Shown here piece by piece: positions 37,322 to 49,866 of a stretch of DNA of 64,000 bases. This stretch comes from Lama guanicoe (lineage: Eukaryota). The position numbers and the translations under genes were made by a program. Under the pieces are notes generated by a model. That model saw nothing but the letters and a program-made list of their open reading frames with translations, did no database searches and was not told the DNA's origin. The stretch lies in the NCBI GenBank assembly GCA_013239625.1, contig MU054117.1:3710677-3774676 (forward strand), written 5' to 3'. Within the stretch, counting starts at the first letter, position 1, and every line of letters begins with the position of its first letter.

Positions 37322-37775
37322 TGTGAACAAGGATGCCGCAGCCACCACACTGCAGCCACCCGAACAGTGAGCCCTGAGGGCACTCAGGATGGAATCAGGA
37401 TGCGCGATTTCAAGCTCTCAGCCACTGCAGCCACCCAGAGCCCAGGGCCCTGGCCCGAGACAGCTGAGGTGCACATCAGAATATGATTTCAAGGAGCCCA
37501 GACTCTTGCATCTTCCCATATGTGGAAAAGCGCTAAATTCCTTAACTTGGGGTGTCTGGTTTTCTTTAATTAACAGTAGCCTTTTGATGTTCCGATGACC
37601 TGGTCTTTGTTGCAAAAACTCCTGTACATCCTGGCTCCTCCCTGACCTCTTCAGAGCGGCCCCTCAGAGCTGTCCGAGAGGCTGTCTCCTGGGCGTGACG
37701 TCCTCAGAATGTACGCTGAATAAAACAAAACTCTCAACTTTCAGGTTGTGCGTTTGTTTCTCCCCACAGTGGACA
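37322..37775 (+). mobile_element. Probable solo LTR of a different family
   Basis: TGTGAACAA start, internal CACTGCAGCCACCC repeat, AATAAA at 37719, U5-like end ...CAGTGGACA. No TSD found. Confidence 0.55.
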
Positions 37776-39901
37776 GTGGTGAGGATCAAACGAAATCTCA
37801 CACGGTGAGCACTTGGCACATGGCCCGGCACACGGCGGATGGTGAACACTGTCACTCATCACTGTCATTCGGCCTCTTCCATGTCTCAGGCACTGTGCTT
37901 TGCTCTTTCGAAGCAGAGCCTGACCTAGGAGGCTCCACCAGGCCAGCAGCTCTGAACTCACCCCCACGCCCTCTGCAAGTCCCCCGGGCTTACGAGCAGG
38001 TCCCCAACGGGAAGGGATTGTTAAGTGTCTCCTCTTCTGTCTCAGCCCTGGTGACAAACCAGCCATGCCACCTCTGCAGAAAGGCTTGCTCTGGCCTCCA
38101 GCCCGTCCCACCCCGTCTTCCTCTCTCTTACCTAATCTTCATGGCACTCACCGTTTTCTGAACTTGGAACACTTGTTTACTTGCTCGCTGCCTCTTTCTC
38201 CTACAGGAATGTAAGCTCCAGGAGAACCAGAACCTCGTTCTGCTCGTCCACGCCCTGTATCCCAGGCCCACAGCAATGTTGGATAAATATTTATTGGCTG
38301 GCCGAGTCCTGAACGGAGGCCAGCAGGTCTTGGGTGATGCAGATGTGGCAGAAGGACTGGGCTGAAGTGGTTCCTTGAGGACAGCCGTACTGTTCTCTTC
38401 TCTTCTCTTTCTCCGCCCCCCACCTCCACCACCCAGGGTTCTGGGCACACAGTGGAGCATCATGAAAGCCAGTTGGTTGACTAGTTGAATCAATAGCAAT
38501 GAGAGAGGAGGTCTACCTGGATGGGGTAAAGGGAGGAATGAGTCCCGGAGACAAGAATTATGGGTCTTAAAAACAAAAACAACAAAAGAATAGGAAACTG
38601 TTTTTAGTGTAGTGAAGTTTTTGTTATCTTGCGGTTGAGACAAGTAGATTTATGGTCATTTTTACTGTTCATAGGTTTAAAAATATGGTCCATGAGCTTA
38701 TCCGAGAAAGCTGGAGGTTTCACAATTTTCCGTTGCTTTGAAGCAGAGGTGGCTTCCACCCGTGTTGGCACCCGCCCTGACATCTACGTGACATTTACAA
38801 ACCGTTTATCAGCACTGAGCTCCCAAGAGCTCGCTCTGCCGTCCTCCAAGATGTTGGCTGACACCTCTGACAGGAGACGCCAGGATGTGTTTTGACAACC
38901 CAGCGGTTTCCTTAGCAAGCTCTGTCCTCAGGCAGCTCCGCAGAGACCGCTTTGGCTTTCTGATGAGGGCGGGAACCCTCGGGGCTTCCCCTCGCAGAAG
39001 CGCACCTTGCCTTCATCCTAAGATTGGGGGTGCGCTTTGTCTGGGCTCTGTGAAGCTGGCTGGTCAGCTGAGTGCCAGGCAGGTCTTAGGGCCCCTCAAT
39101 TTTGCTCCTTTACTGAAGAAAAGCCAGTGAACTAGGACAAGCCCCCGGGGCTCCCAGAACACAGGCTCTGAGCCCTTTCAAAGTACCCGGAAGCGAGCTC
39201 GGCGCCGCGGGGAGGTGTGTGCGGTGGGGACAAGGTCCCGGCGCAGCATTGGCCCCTACGCCCATGACATGAAAATCCAAGGTGCTGCTGTTACTGCTCG
39301 TTACTTGCTGAGCAGCTACTGTGTGCCAGGCGTCCTGGGAGACCATCGGTAACACTGCCTTCAGTCACAGAAACGACCTCGCCAGGTTGTAGGGCCAACG
39401 AGATACAGAAAAGCCGCACAGCTGAGAGTGGGCAGCGCTGGATCTGAACCTGTGCTCTCTGCCTCCAGGCCGCGTGTTTCCTCCCGCCCAGCCAGCCGCT
39501 GAGGCTGTCAGGGGTGGACCATGGAGGAGTGAAGGTCTATGTCGGCGGGGGGTTGAGGTAGCGCAAGGAAGATGCACCTTCCGGCAAACGCTGGATTTGG
39601 AGCCCGGGCGAGGAGGGGCCAGGTCAGGGGAAGGGCAGAGCTCAGCAGCAGGAAGGGGACATCCTGACAGCAAAAGCCTGGAGGTGCGAATGTGGGGAAG
39701 GTGCAGGGAAGAGAGTGAGGGGCCATTTTGCTTGAGCAGAAGGTCTGGGAGCTTTTGAGAGGGTTTGGGGGACTCACTGGAGCCAAACTTGGGAAGACAA
39801 GTGGCTGCAGGGCGCGGTGGGCTGTGTACAGTGGATGGAGTCCAGCACTGGTCCTCTGCTCCAGGGGAGGGCAGCTGGGCAGTTTCTCAGGAAAGAGAGT
39901 T

Positions 39902-40381
39902 TGTTGCAGAAAGATGAGTTACAGCTCGGTGTTACAGCTCAGCTGCGACAGCAACCTGGATCCGGGCCAGAGACCAAGCAGCACTCGGAGCGTTGGCGAA
40001 CTCAGGTTAATTACGCTGGCGGGGCCAAAGGAATTAACACTCCAAGCTCTGGACCCCATATGTTGCTTTACACAGGCTTTTATAGGCTGCCAGTTCACAC
40101 TTTCCAACATCATATGCAAATAAGGTATAACAAAATTTGACTAATTAGGAACAAGCTTTGTAGAAATGGACCAATCAGGAGGGAGAGAAATAACCAATCA
40201 GGAGTGAGCTCAGGGGACCAATAGAATTTTAGGGGGAAGCTTCACTGTTCTAGAAGTAAGCCGTTTCAGAGGCAAAAAGTGCAATAGAGCCGCTGGGCCA
40301 GGAAACCGGGTGGTGCTGGCAGGAGCTTAGTGGCCCTGCCTGGGGGTCCAGCTGGTCTTTTTTATAGGGCTTCCCGCCTCA
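39902..40381 (-). mobile_element. Solo ERV LTR (ERV1-like), copy A
   Basis: Minus strand starts TGAGGCGGG and ends TGCAACA; 4-bp TSD AGTT at 39898-39901 and 40382-40385; three CCAAT boxes, octamer ATGCAAAT at 40114-40121, TATA box. Confidence 0.88.
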
Positions 40382-43300
40382 AGTTAACCTGCTGAAAGCG
40401 GTGTTCTTCAGCAGGTGTTCTAGGCAGACCGGTGAGAATGGTCCCCCGGGAGACCTGGGCAGGGAAACCCGCAGTGAGGTTCTGGGACGGCAGGGGCGTG
40501 AGGAAGCTCCCACTTCTCCACTGGATGCTCTGTCTGAGAACAATTTCCTCTCCTCTCCACTCAGTTCCATTTCGGCACAGCCAAGGCGGCTCTGCTCTTC
40601 CCAGGGAGTTCTGCCTGGCTCCTGCTAAGCCTGGGGCTCGACTCCCTCAGGCCAGGGGTCCCCACTGTGTCTGAGGCCATCTGGCCAAGCTGGACCCCAG
40701 AAGTTCCAAACACGACATTTTCCTGAGCCCACAGGAGGCTCGTTGATGTTTTGCTATCACAAAGAGGAGCACAGCTTTTGCTCTCTTTCTAGAAATGCTG
40801 CCGGTCACTATGGAGACAGCTTGGATGTTGTAGAACATAATTTATGTGCCAAGTCCCCCTGGACAAGGATGGGAAGATGGTGCATCTTGCTTTTAATGGG
40901 AGATCAATTTCCCATATTCCATAACATCATACTCATCTTTTTGCTGGAAAGTTGTCTGCAGAGTGAAAACAAAATGTCATGATTTTTCTCACCTTACCTT
41001 GTAGTCGGGGCTCCTGGAAATGCAGTTACCTTTACCAAGAAAGAAGGTGTCAGCTCCCTGATGGTGTGTTGCTACAAGCACCCTAGTCTCAGGTAACACA
41101 CCTTTGGTGGATGTGAGCGTGGTGTACGGGTGCGGGGGAGGGAGGAGGAGGCTCTGGACCATCTGCTCCCCTGTTCTCTCCACATCAGAGATGGCTTCAG
41201 CCTCTGAAACCTGTGTCCAGGAGATGTGGCCACATGGAGTGGGGCCAGGATTTCACACAACCAGGGAACCACAGAACCAGAGAGTGTCCAAGCTGGACGG
41301 TGTCTCAGAATTCAACAAGAGCAGTAGTTCTCACATTTCAGTGTCTACAAAAGTGACCTGGGGTGCTTCCAAAAACCCAGATGAATGAGCTTGCCCCCGC
41401 AGGGTTCTGACTTAGTCGGTCTGGGGAGTCTGCAGTTTGAGTCAGAGCCCTTTGTTGTAAGCGATGGAAAATGCTGCTCATCTGATTCAAGCAGAAAAGC
41501 GTCTTATAGAAAGAACACAGGTTGGTACACGTGGAGCTGCGGGAAGCTGGGCAGGCAGAGCTGCTCCTGGAAGGAGGAGGTGGATGCACACCCCAGAGAT
41601 GGTCACTAGGTCCACCTGATGGCCAAGGAATGACCTGACACGAGGGGCCTCGTGGGTGTTCACATGCTGTGTGCCCCTTCAGAAGGGTCTTTCCTCCACT
41701 CCCGTCACCAGCCTTCAGATTTGAGCCGTTCTAGGTCCTTAACTGTGAGGCCCAACCACTGTCCATTTCCTGTAAGTTTATTTACACACTCATTTAAGAG
41801 TATCTTCCCTTCCAGGAGAAAGCAGACCACCATATTTGTCCACTGTCTAGAGAGAGCTTTGGTGCTATCAGCTTGGGATGTTTTTTGATCACTTTTATTA
41901 AACCTGACGTTTGGGCAGTGTTACTGTGTGCTACTGGACATCCAGTCCTTGTAATAACTCTGGAAAGTTGGTGTCTTATTATCACTCCCATTTTACACAT
42001 GAAGAAGCTGAAACCGGAGAGGCTGAGTAACATGCCCAAGCAAGCTTCACTTGGACGACTCTTCTTTGGGAGAGCTCCGAGTTTGTGATACACATCTCTA
42101 TCCATCAAATACGGAGGGTTTTTTTTTTTTAATAAAATGGGCTTTTCCTGGGATGCCCACTTAATTTCTTTTGATCCTAGATCCCTGTGATCAGTTACCC
42201 CCAGCCAGAGATCCTCACTGTCTGTGTTATGGTGACCATGCCTCGCTTGTCTCTAGTTATAAACTCTATCTCTCAGTTCAACCAGTGCCTTCATTGAACA
42301 ATTATGGTTAGAACATCTTTCCTGTCTTAACTCTAAAAAAGTGCCTCTTTGGATAAGTGTAAGTTATCAACCTCTCCTGTGTCTTGCAAAGTGCAAACTC
42401 CAACGTCCCCCTCAGCTGGCCGCCGCTGGCAAGCAGTCTGCACTTAGCTGATCCCTCCTGGGCGTTAGTGTTTCCTAGAGACCATTTGACGTGGTCACAC
42501 GTGTTATCTCATAGGATCCTCAAAACAGCCGCAAGGAGCGGGCACTACTGTTACCGCCATTTGGAGCTATACCACGGGCAGGATGGGGGTGTTAGCCGAA
42601 GGGCTGGCAGGAAGTAAGTTGCAAGGCCAGGATGTGCAGTCGGGCAGTCTAGCTCCAGAGCTGGTGCTGAGCAAATCCCTCTCGCCGTAGCTTAAGCTCA
42701 CTCTCTCTTGCTATGTCAGCAGAGAAGATTAATTCATCCACTCAGCAAATGTTTACTGAGTACCCGCTCTTGGCCAGGTAAGGAAAACCGTGCAGGTCCG
42801 CAGCGCAGCAGGTCAATAACCCTGCCCGCCTAGGTGAGCCCGGTGTGTCCACCAGCACAGGGCCGCAGGAGCGCGTAACGGGGGCTTTACCTGGTCAGGC
42901 AGCTCAGAGCAGGAGCCTGAAGCTACACGGTGGCTTATGACGAAGACCTGTCAATTTGCACCCATGGCTGCCATGGACTCTATGACCCAACCCGGCTCCG
43001 GGAGCCTTGAGGGTAAGGGGGGTAGAAGGAGCAGGAGAGGATGTGATGTAACCCTCTAGGCAGCTCCCCTTCCTGCCTCTCTCCCCTGCAGCTTTTTCCA
43101 GCCCTGAGTTTTGAGCTCTTGAAGGCACATAAAGCAGTCGGGTCTTCCAGAGGTCGCCGCGAACGCTCGCCCTTTCCCAGGAGGAGAACGCAGCATCAAC
43201 CTGAGTTCTTGAAAAGAATCAGCCACGTCAGACTTGCTGGGAGAGGAGTGGGCTCAGGCACGCAGAGCTCAGGGGAGCTGGGGTCCTGGTGGCAGCCCCT

Positions 43301-45212
43301 AGCGAGATGGACACGGCCCTCCTTCTGTGTTTGCGGCGTGTGTCTTCCACGGTGAAGTGAGGATGAGCATGGGCTCCTGATGCCACATCACTTCCGAAGA
43401 TTGATGTGTGTCCTCACATTTGTTTGTGGGGGAGTTTTGGAAATGGGGGACCACACAGGGGATGTCTGAAGTGCGTTTCCCTCTGGGTGTAGTGTGTTGA
43501 CTGCAGGGAGGATAGAGAGGAGTTCTCTGTCACCTCAAAGTCCTTTGATGCTGGAGGTTTTCTGCCTAAATCTTTCAGTCTTTCTGCTCCAGCCCAACTA
43601 ACATCTCAGGGAATCAGTGACTCAGAAGATGGGAGGATTTTCACTCAAAGCCAAGTAAGGAAAGCAGGTTGATCAACCCAAACCAACGATTTACCAGAGG
43701 AGCAGCAAAAGAAACATGGAGGGAAAAGGAAAAGGAGACGGAGATGCGAGGAGAGAGGAATAGTTCCCGAACTCGCTGGGAGAGGAAGTGAGAAGTCACG
43801 TGGGGTCATCACAGCAAGTGATGTCCCCACACATCATAGACGAGCTACTTTGCCGACTCCAAGTGTGAGGTTACGTAGAGCACAGGCTGTCAGCCTCTCC
43901 AAGACCAGGGCCAGGACTGGTAGCCAAGGCAAGATGCCGGGAGTTCAGGCTGACCAGGGAGTCAGCCTCCAGTTTATCCAACTGGGGACGTGAAGCTTTC
44001 TTCTGGACCCCCCAACCAGGGTGGCTCCATGCCCTGAGTGTAGTGATGGAAGGTTTCTGCCAGCAGCACTTTTCTTTAGAAAAACTAGGTTGTGAAAAGT
44101 AATAGTGATGAGCTGACTGGTACTGTGTGCCTCCACTTAGGGGACACCTGATTAGAATAGACAGAAACCAAAGGAAACTTCTGCTCAGAGTAGAGATGCT
44201 GCAGGGATGGGCACAGCTGAATTAGTAGCACAAGTCCGAGCTTTGCCGCATCTTAACTGGCGTCCTTGTGCGATCCCTTAAACTGTGTGACTCTCAAATA
44301 CCTTGGTTTTAAAATGGAGCTAATGTTATCTGCCCTACAGGGTTGTGAGTATTTTGTGAATGACATATTTGGAATGCAAGTGCTTTTTAAAACTATAAAA
44401 TACTTTGCAAATAAAAAGGATTCTTTCTAGTAACCTGAAAATTAATGAAGTGAAAACAGTAAGTGGAATGAGTTTATGTCCGCAAATCCAGAGCTGCTCT
44501 GTTGCTATTCAGTTGTATTCTGCATGGATGGCACTTCAGAGAGCAGAAAGTGAATGGTGTTCCTTGCAGCGGCAATGCCCTGGGGCTACATCAAGTGGAG
44601 GAAAATCAGACTTACATGAAAAGCATTTCAGTGCACGATTCCAGTCTCTCTGCCGTGAAGCTTTTAGATCAGCAAAGTGTTCGTATGAAGCCTGCATCAG
44701 TAAGAACAGGTCGGATTATGCTGCAGTAACAAGATAGCCTTCAAATCCCAAGAAGCTGGGTTTCTTGCTCATATGACTGGTTCATCACGGGATTGCAGGG
44801 GCTTTGCTCATTCTCATCATTCAGGGGCCAGGGGTGACAAAACAGCCCGATCTTGACCACAGTGAGTCACAGGGGGAGGGGCAGAGAGCTCGGAAGAGTC
44901 TAGCATTCACAGGTAAGAGCTCCCAAGGAGAAGAGATACACATTGCTCTCACTCCCCGCCCCTCGGTCAGAACTAGCCACATGGCCGCAGCCACCCCCAG
45001 ATGGCCCAGAAAGAGCAGTTCTGCCCAGGAGGCAGGGAGCCAGAAATACATGGGAATGCTAATCACCGACCCAGCTCAGTAACTGAAAACCAACATTACC
45101 AGAATTTTATCCACTACTGTCCAGGAAGGCAGGCTCCCCCTGGAGATGGTCAGTGTTTAGAAATTCTGCCTTCTGAACCCAGGTCAGGGAACCAGCTAGT
45201 CCTTAATTTTAC

Positions 45213-45697
45213 TGAGATGGGAAACCCCATAAAAAAGACCAATAGGACCCCCAGGCAGGGCCACTACTCTCCTGCCAGCACCATCCGGTTCCCTGGCCCA
45301 GCAGCTCTATCTCACTTTTTGCCTCTGAAGGCTTACTTCTAGGAAAGTGGAACTTACCCCTAAAATTCTATTGGTTCCCTGAGCTCACTCCTGATTGGTT
45401 ATTTCTCTCCCTCCTGATTGGTCCATTTCTACAAAGCTTGTTCCTAATTAGTCAACTTTTGTTATACCTTATTTGCATACAATGTTGCAAAGTGTAAACT
45501 GGCAGCTTATAAAAGCCTGTGTAAACCTACAGCCGCGGTCCAGAGCTTAGAGGATTAAGTCCTCCGGTCCCACTGGTGTCATAAATCTGAGTTCTCCAAC
45601 CCTCTGAGTGCTTCTTGCTGCTTGGTCTCTTGCCAGGATCCAGGTTGCTGTCACAACTGAGCTGTAACACTGGGCTGTAACACACTTTTCTGCAATA
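45213..45697 (+). mobile_element. Solo ERV LTR, same family as copy A, opposite orientation (copy B)
   Basis: TGAGATGGG...TGCAATA; 4-bp TSD TTAC at 45209-45212 and 45698-45701; colinear with the reverse complement of 39902-40381; ATTTGCAT at 45471, TATAAAA at 45508. Confidence 0.88.
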
Positions 45698-47389
45698 TTA
45701 CTAGATGCCCGAATTGTTTCGTGAAGCTCGTTTCCTTGCTATGAAAACTGCTCTGACTTAACTGTCTCTCCCTGTTGTACTGAGTCACAGATCTGCAGAG
45801 GAGGACAGGACCCCAGGGACCCAATGTTTCACCTGCTGGGAAAGCCCCTGGGCAGAGGCTAATAAGGGGCTTCTGAGAGTCACAGAAGGGGCCCAGCACC
45901 CAGCTCTCTGGTCCAGGGCCGGTTCACCATCCTCTGCACCACGTTTCCCTTGGCTCCTGATGCTATTTCCATTGGTAGAACTGCTCACCTAAGAAAATAT
46001 TACTCCTTTCGTCAAGTCATGGATGGCTGCTCAGCCAGACCTGCTCCCCTTTCAGTTGCTTTATGAGCAGTGGCCTGTTTTCCAAGATAGTCTGAAGTTC
46101 ATTTGCTAGGACTCTGGTTGACTGGCTGTATTTATATTTGGAAGCTGTTCGTTGCAGCTATTAGGCAATTTACAAGACCAGCCGTTTATTCCTTAATCAT
46201 GTGTTCTTTGCCCATAAAATGTGGAGGCGTGGCCTCCCCCGACAGCCAGAGTTGGTATGAAGATAGAAACCCATTTAGGAATTGAAATCTCTGAGCTCTT
46301 TCAAAGGAAGAAAACGAAGGACATTTGATGTTTCCTTATCTCGTGATGGGAATTATATGAGCTGAAATTTGGAGGAAAAAAGTTTGGGCTTAGGTCCCGT
46401 CTGTCGCTTGAACAGATTGTTCAGTCTCCCTGAGCTGAGCCTGCAGACCCCAAGGTGGGGTGCTATTCCCTGCGGCACCCATCTCAGGGCATGTGCTGAG
46501 GGCCAAGAGGGGGCGACGTCTCCGTAAACTCTGAAGTCCCTTTCTGACCTACGATAGCGCTTTTGTCGTGACTGCCCTGACTCTGCGCGCCTCTGAGCGG
46601 CCACGCAGGGGAGGGGGCATGGAGTGCCAGCTCCCAGGACGTGCTGTTTTGGTGGTGCCGCTGATCGTGGCAGGTGCGAGGCAACAAGGCAGGGGTTTCT
46701 TTATCTCCTGAGCCCCGACTTGCATCCTGACTCCTCGGACCAGCCTTCCGCACCTTCTGGTGTCTTGACTCTGGGTCACAGGGACAGCCATGGTTGGGGC
46801 GGGCCTTGGGGAGATAGACTCCCCCTCCTTCCCACAGCTGATAAGACTTACAAGGCAAGAGGCCAAGGGCTGAGTTTGAAACCCAGATAACAGAGCCAAT
46901 GGGAAAGAGAGCTGGTCCCCCTCGTCCAGATCCTTCCAGCGGCTGGGAGCAGAGGATTTGCCTTTTTATGGTGTTTTTATAAAATGCATACTTACTCTTT
47001 GATACAGTGCTGGTAACGGATTGTACTGATAACATTATTGTTTGACAAGTGACCCCTTTTTCATCTCTCAGACCAACGCATTTTAAAATTGCCAGCCTTT
47101 CTTTCCTCTCTTTCCTTTACTTTTACTTTTTAATATTTTCTGTGTCATCCAACACTTACAGAGCCTCTGCTACGTCCCCAGGGCCACGAATGCGCAGGGA
47201 CATCACTGCCTCTGTCATCTGGGAACTGCAATGTGGACGAACTAGCCGGTGGGTGGACGAGGAAGGAAGTCTTATTTATGTGCAGTAGTCTTATTTATCA
47301 GACACTGCGCCTTCCATTTTCATACATATTTATTGAAATTAAAATTGTGAACAACCTCTATAAGGAAGCAAATGGTAGCATATCTAAGC

Positions 47390-47716
47390 TTCAAAATAAG
47401 CCCCCAAGGGGACACTGCCATTATGTCCACACGTCCGGAGGCTGAAGAGGCCAGGAGCGCCCACCTTCTCCTGCCCGTGGATACCAGTGCTCCTGGTTCT
47501 CCAGCTTCTGGACTCAGACCACCAGCCCCGAATCTCAGGCCTTCAGACTTGGTCTAAATTGCACCACAGGCTTTCCTGGGTCTCCACGCTGGCAGACGGC
47601 AGATGCTGGGGCCTCCCAGCCTCCAGGACCGTGTGTGTCAATTCCTGTAATAAATCCCCTCTTAGGTGTCCCTGTGTGTCCCGCTGGTTCTGTTTCTCTG
47701 TATCCTAAGTGATACA
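47390..47716 (+). mobile_element. MLT2-type ERVL LTR remnant
   Basis: CACCACAGGCTTTCCTGGGTCTCC...GCAGACGGCAGATGCTGGGG...AATAAATCCC...TGGTTCTGTTTCTCTG...GATACA. Confidence 0.6.
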
Positions 47717-48562
47717 GACATTACTTCCTCCCCGCAGGGCCCTCCCTGGTGACCTGTCATTGCATTTAAAACAATTCTCCTTCCTTCTAGTGGGGCTAAC
47801 CGCTTCACCTGGCGGGACCTCAGTTCCTGCGACAGTAAAGTGAGGATGATAACGCTGGTCTGATGCGCTTGTTAGGAAGCTAAATTCAATGCATATGGAA
47901 TAGCTGTTGCAGGGCCGGGCACAGAGCTCCCGATAGACCGTGGTCATGTTCCGTGCAGGGCAGGGGCTGCGGGTCCCTGTTCCTCGTGGGACAAGTGCAT
48001 CACTGCCTGTGTTTGCTGAGTCTCTCCTGATACCGAAGATCCAGACAAGGGCTTAGAAATCTTCAAACCTAAGCCTCTCCTTTCGCAGATGAGGAGGAGG
48101 ATGACCAGAGGACAAGGTGTCTGAATGCCCAGGGCGGCTCTGGGGCCTGAACCAGGCCCCAGCCTCCCTCCTCTGGGCCTGGACCCCAGGCACCTTGGCT
48201 CCCTCTGCTCCAGACCGACTGTGGCCTTGCAAGCAGCCTGCTTTGAGTCGCCCTGTGCTGCTCACTGGAGAAGAGAGAGAAAGTGCTGGAGAAGCCAGGC
48301 CGCCTTGGCTCAAGGAAGCATCAGAAGGAGGGCGTTGAGAGGTCCTGGCAGCGACGACCTACTTACGGGAGGAGAGGGCAGGGAGCAGCCACCGTGTGGT
48401 TCACTGTTGGAGGGGCTGGCCCGCTGTGCTCTGCCTCCTGGAGTCCAGACTAGCAGGAACGCAGCCTGGAGATGAGGGTCGTGCATCCTGTGTGGTCCCC
48501 TGGGGCTCGGCTGTCGGAGGTCCCCATGCCGAGCATGGTCTGCCATCCTAATAGAAGCCTGC

Positions 48563-48692
48563 GAGAGAGGAGAGACAGAGAGAAAGAGATAGAGAGAGAC
48601 AGGGAGAGACTGAGACAGAGAGAGAGAGACAGACAGACAGAGCCACAGAGATAGAGAGATACAGAGATAGGGAGAGACAGAGACAGAGAAGA
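48563..48692. repeat. Degenerate (GA)n/(GAGACA)n purine-rich microsatellite
   Basis: Direct reading of the sequence. Confidence 0.85.
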
Positions 48693-49852
48693 CAGGCACC
48701 CAGGAAGGCTTGTTTCAGGGAGGGGAGAGGGATGGTGAGGGCCCCAGCAGCTCTGTGTGGAGGACCGGGACCAGCGGCATCTCACAGCTCTCTTGCCGCA
48801 TCCTCGCCGCTTCCTCGCCGCTTCCTCACTGCCTCGTCTAATTCTCCGCAACAACACTGAGGTAGGTGTTTTCTTTCTTTCAAAATATTTATTAAGTTCC
48901 TACTGTGTGACTGGAGAGAGGTATTGGAGTCAAGAAATTTTTGCTGGCCAAGCATACTTATAATTAGCAGTCATATTTTATAGGTGAGGGAACCGAGAAT
49001 CAATGACTGACCCACAGTAAACGTCGATAAAGAGTCAAAACTCTGGTTTAGGGCCCAAGGTCCTCGCATCAGACTCCGCAGCTGGGTGTCCCCGAGGGTC
49101 ACCACACTCGAACATCCCCCACTTTGCCTCGCTTCCTTCCACCTGGGAGAGTCACAGAGACCTGTCCTGCAAGTCTGCCTTTATGCCCATCAGCTCACGC
49201 CGGTCCACAGTCAGAGCCCAGATGCTCTGCTATGTCCCGGAACCTCATCTTTAAACATGGAATCAAGAGAGTCTCTGGTTCTTCCTCTGCTTCTGAGAAC
49301 CGGGTGCAGCAGATTCCTATTTCAAGAGATGAGTTTACTGTAATGAGAAAGATATTAGCTGGACATCAATCAACAGCCGTCCACTGAGCATCTTCTAACT
49401 GCTGGGAGATGTCCCAGATGTGTGGAGAGGATACAGGAAGGTAAGATGACTTACAGGATGTGCACGGATTAGGGGAATCAAACTGGAGGATGCTGAGAGA
49501 CACTAAGACAGCAGACTGGGTCCTGAGCGATGGGCTGCCCTTGGGTCAGAGCAGGAAGAGAGCGCATCCCGGCAGACGTGCGGCCGGGCAGACACAGAGG
49601 TGGGCTGGAGCGTGGCCCTGGGGTGAGTCTGGCAGGAGAGTCCTGAGTGCATGAATGCTCTGATCTCACAGCACAGAATCCGAGGCAATAGCCCTGGGTT
49701 CTCATGCCCTAGAGAGGTTTGGACCGTGAGGACAGCAAACCTTGGAGGGTCGAGAAGACCTGAGAACCTCTAGGGCTCCACCCTTCAGCCATTTTGAGGT
49801 GCTCCTGGTTCCTTGGCAGGAGGCCTGGAAAAGGGGGAAAGCTGCGCCATCC

Positions 49853-49866
49853 CCAGCAGATGGCAG
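49853..49866 (+). promoter_or_regulatory. CTCF-like motif
   Basis: CCAGCAGATGGCAG. Confidence 0.45.

Noticed and set aside
39902..45697. Full provirus between the two LTRs
   Set aside because: The LTRs are inverted with separate TSDs, and I saw no gag/pol/env-like ORFs between them.
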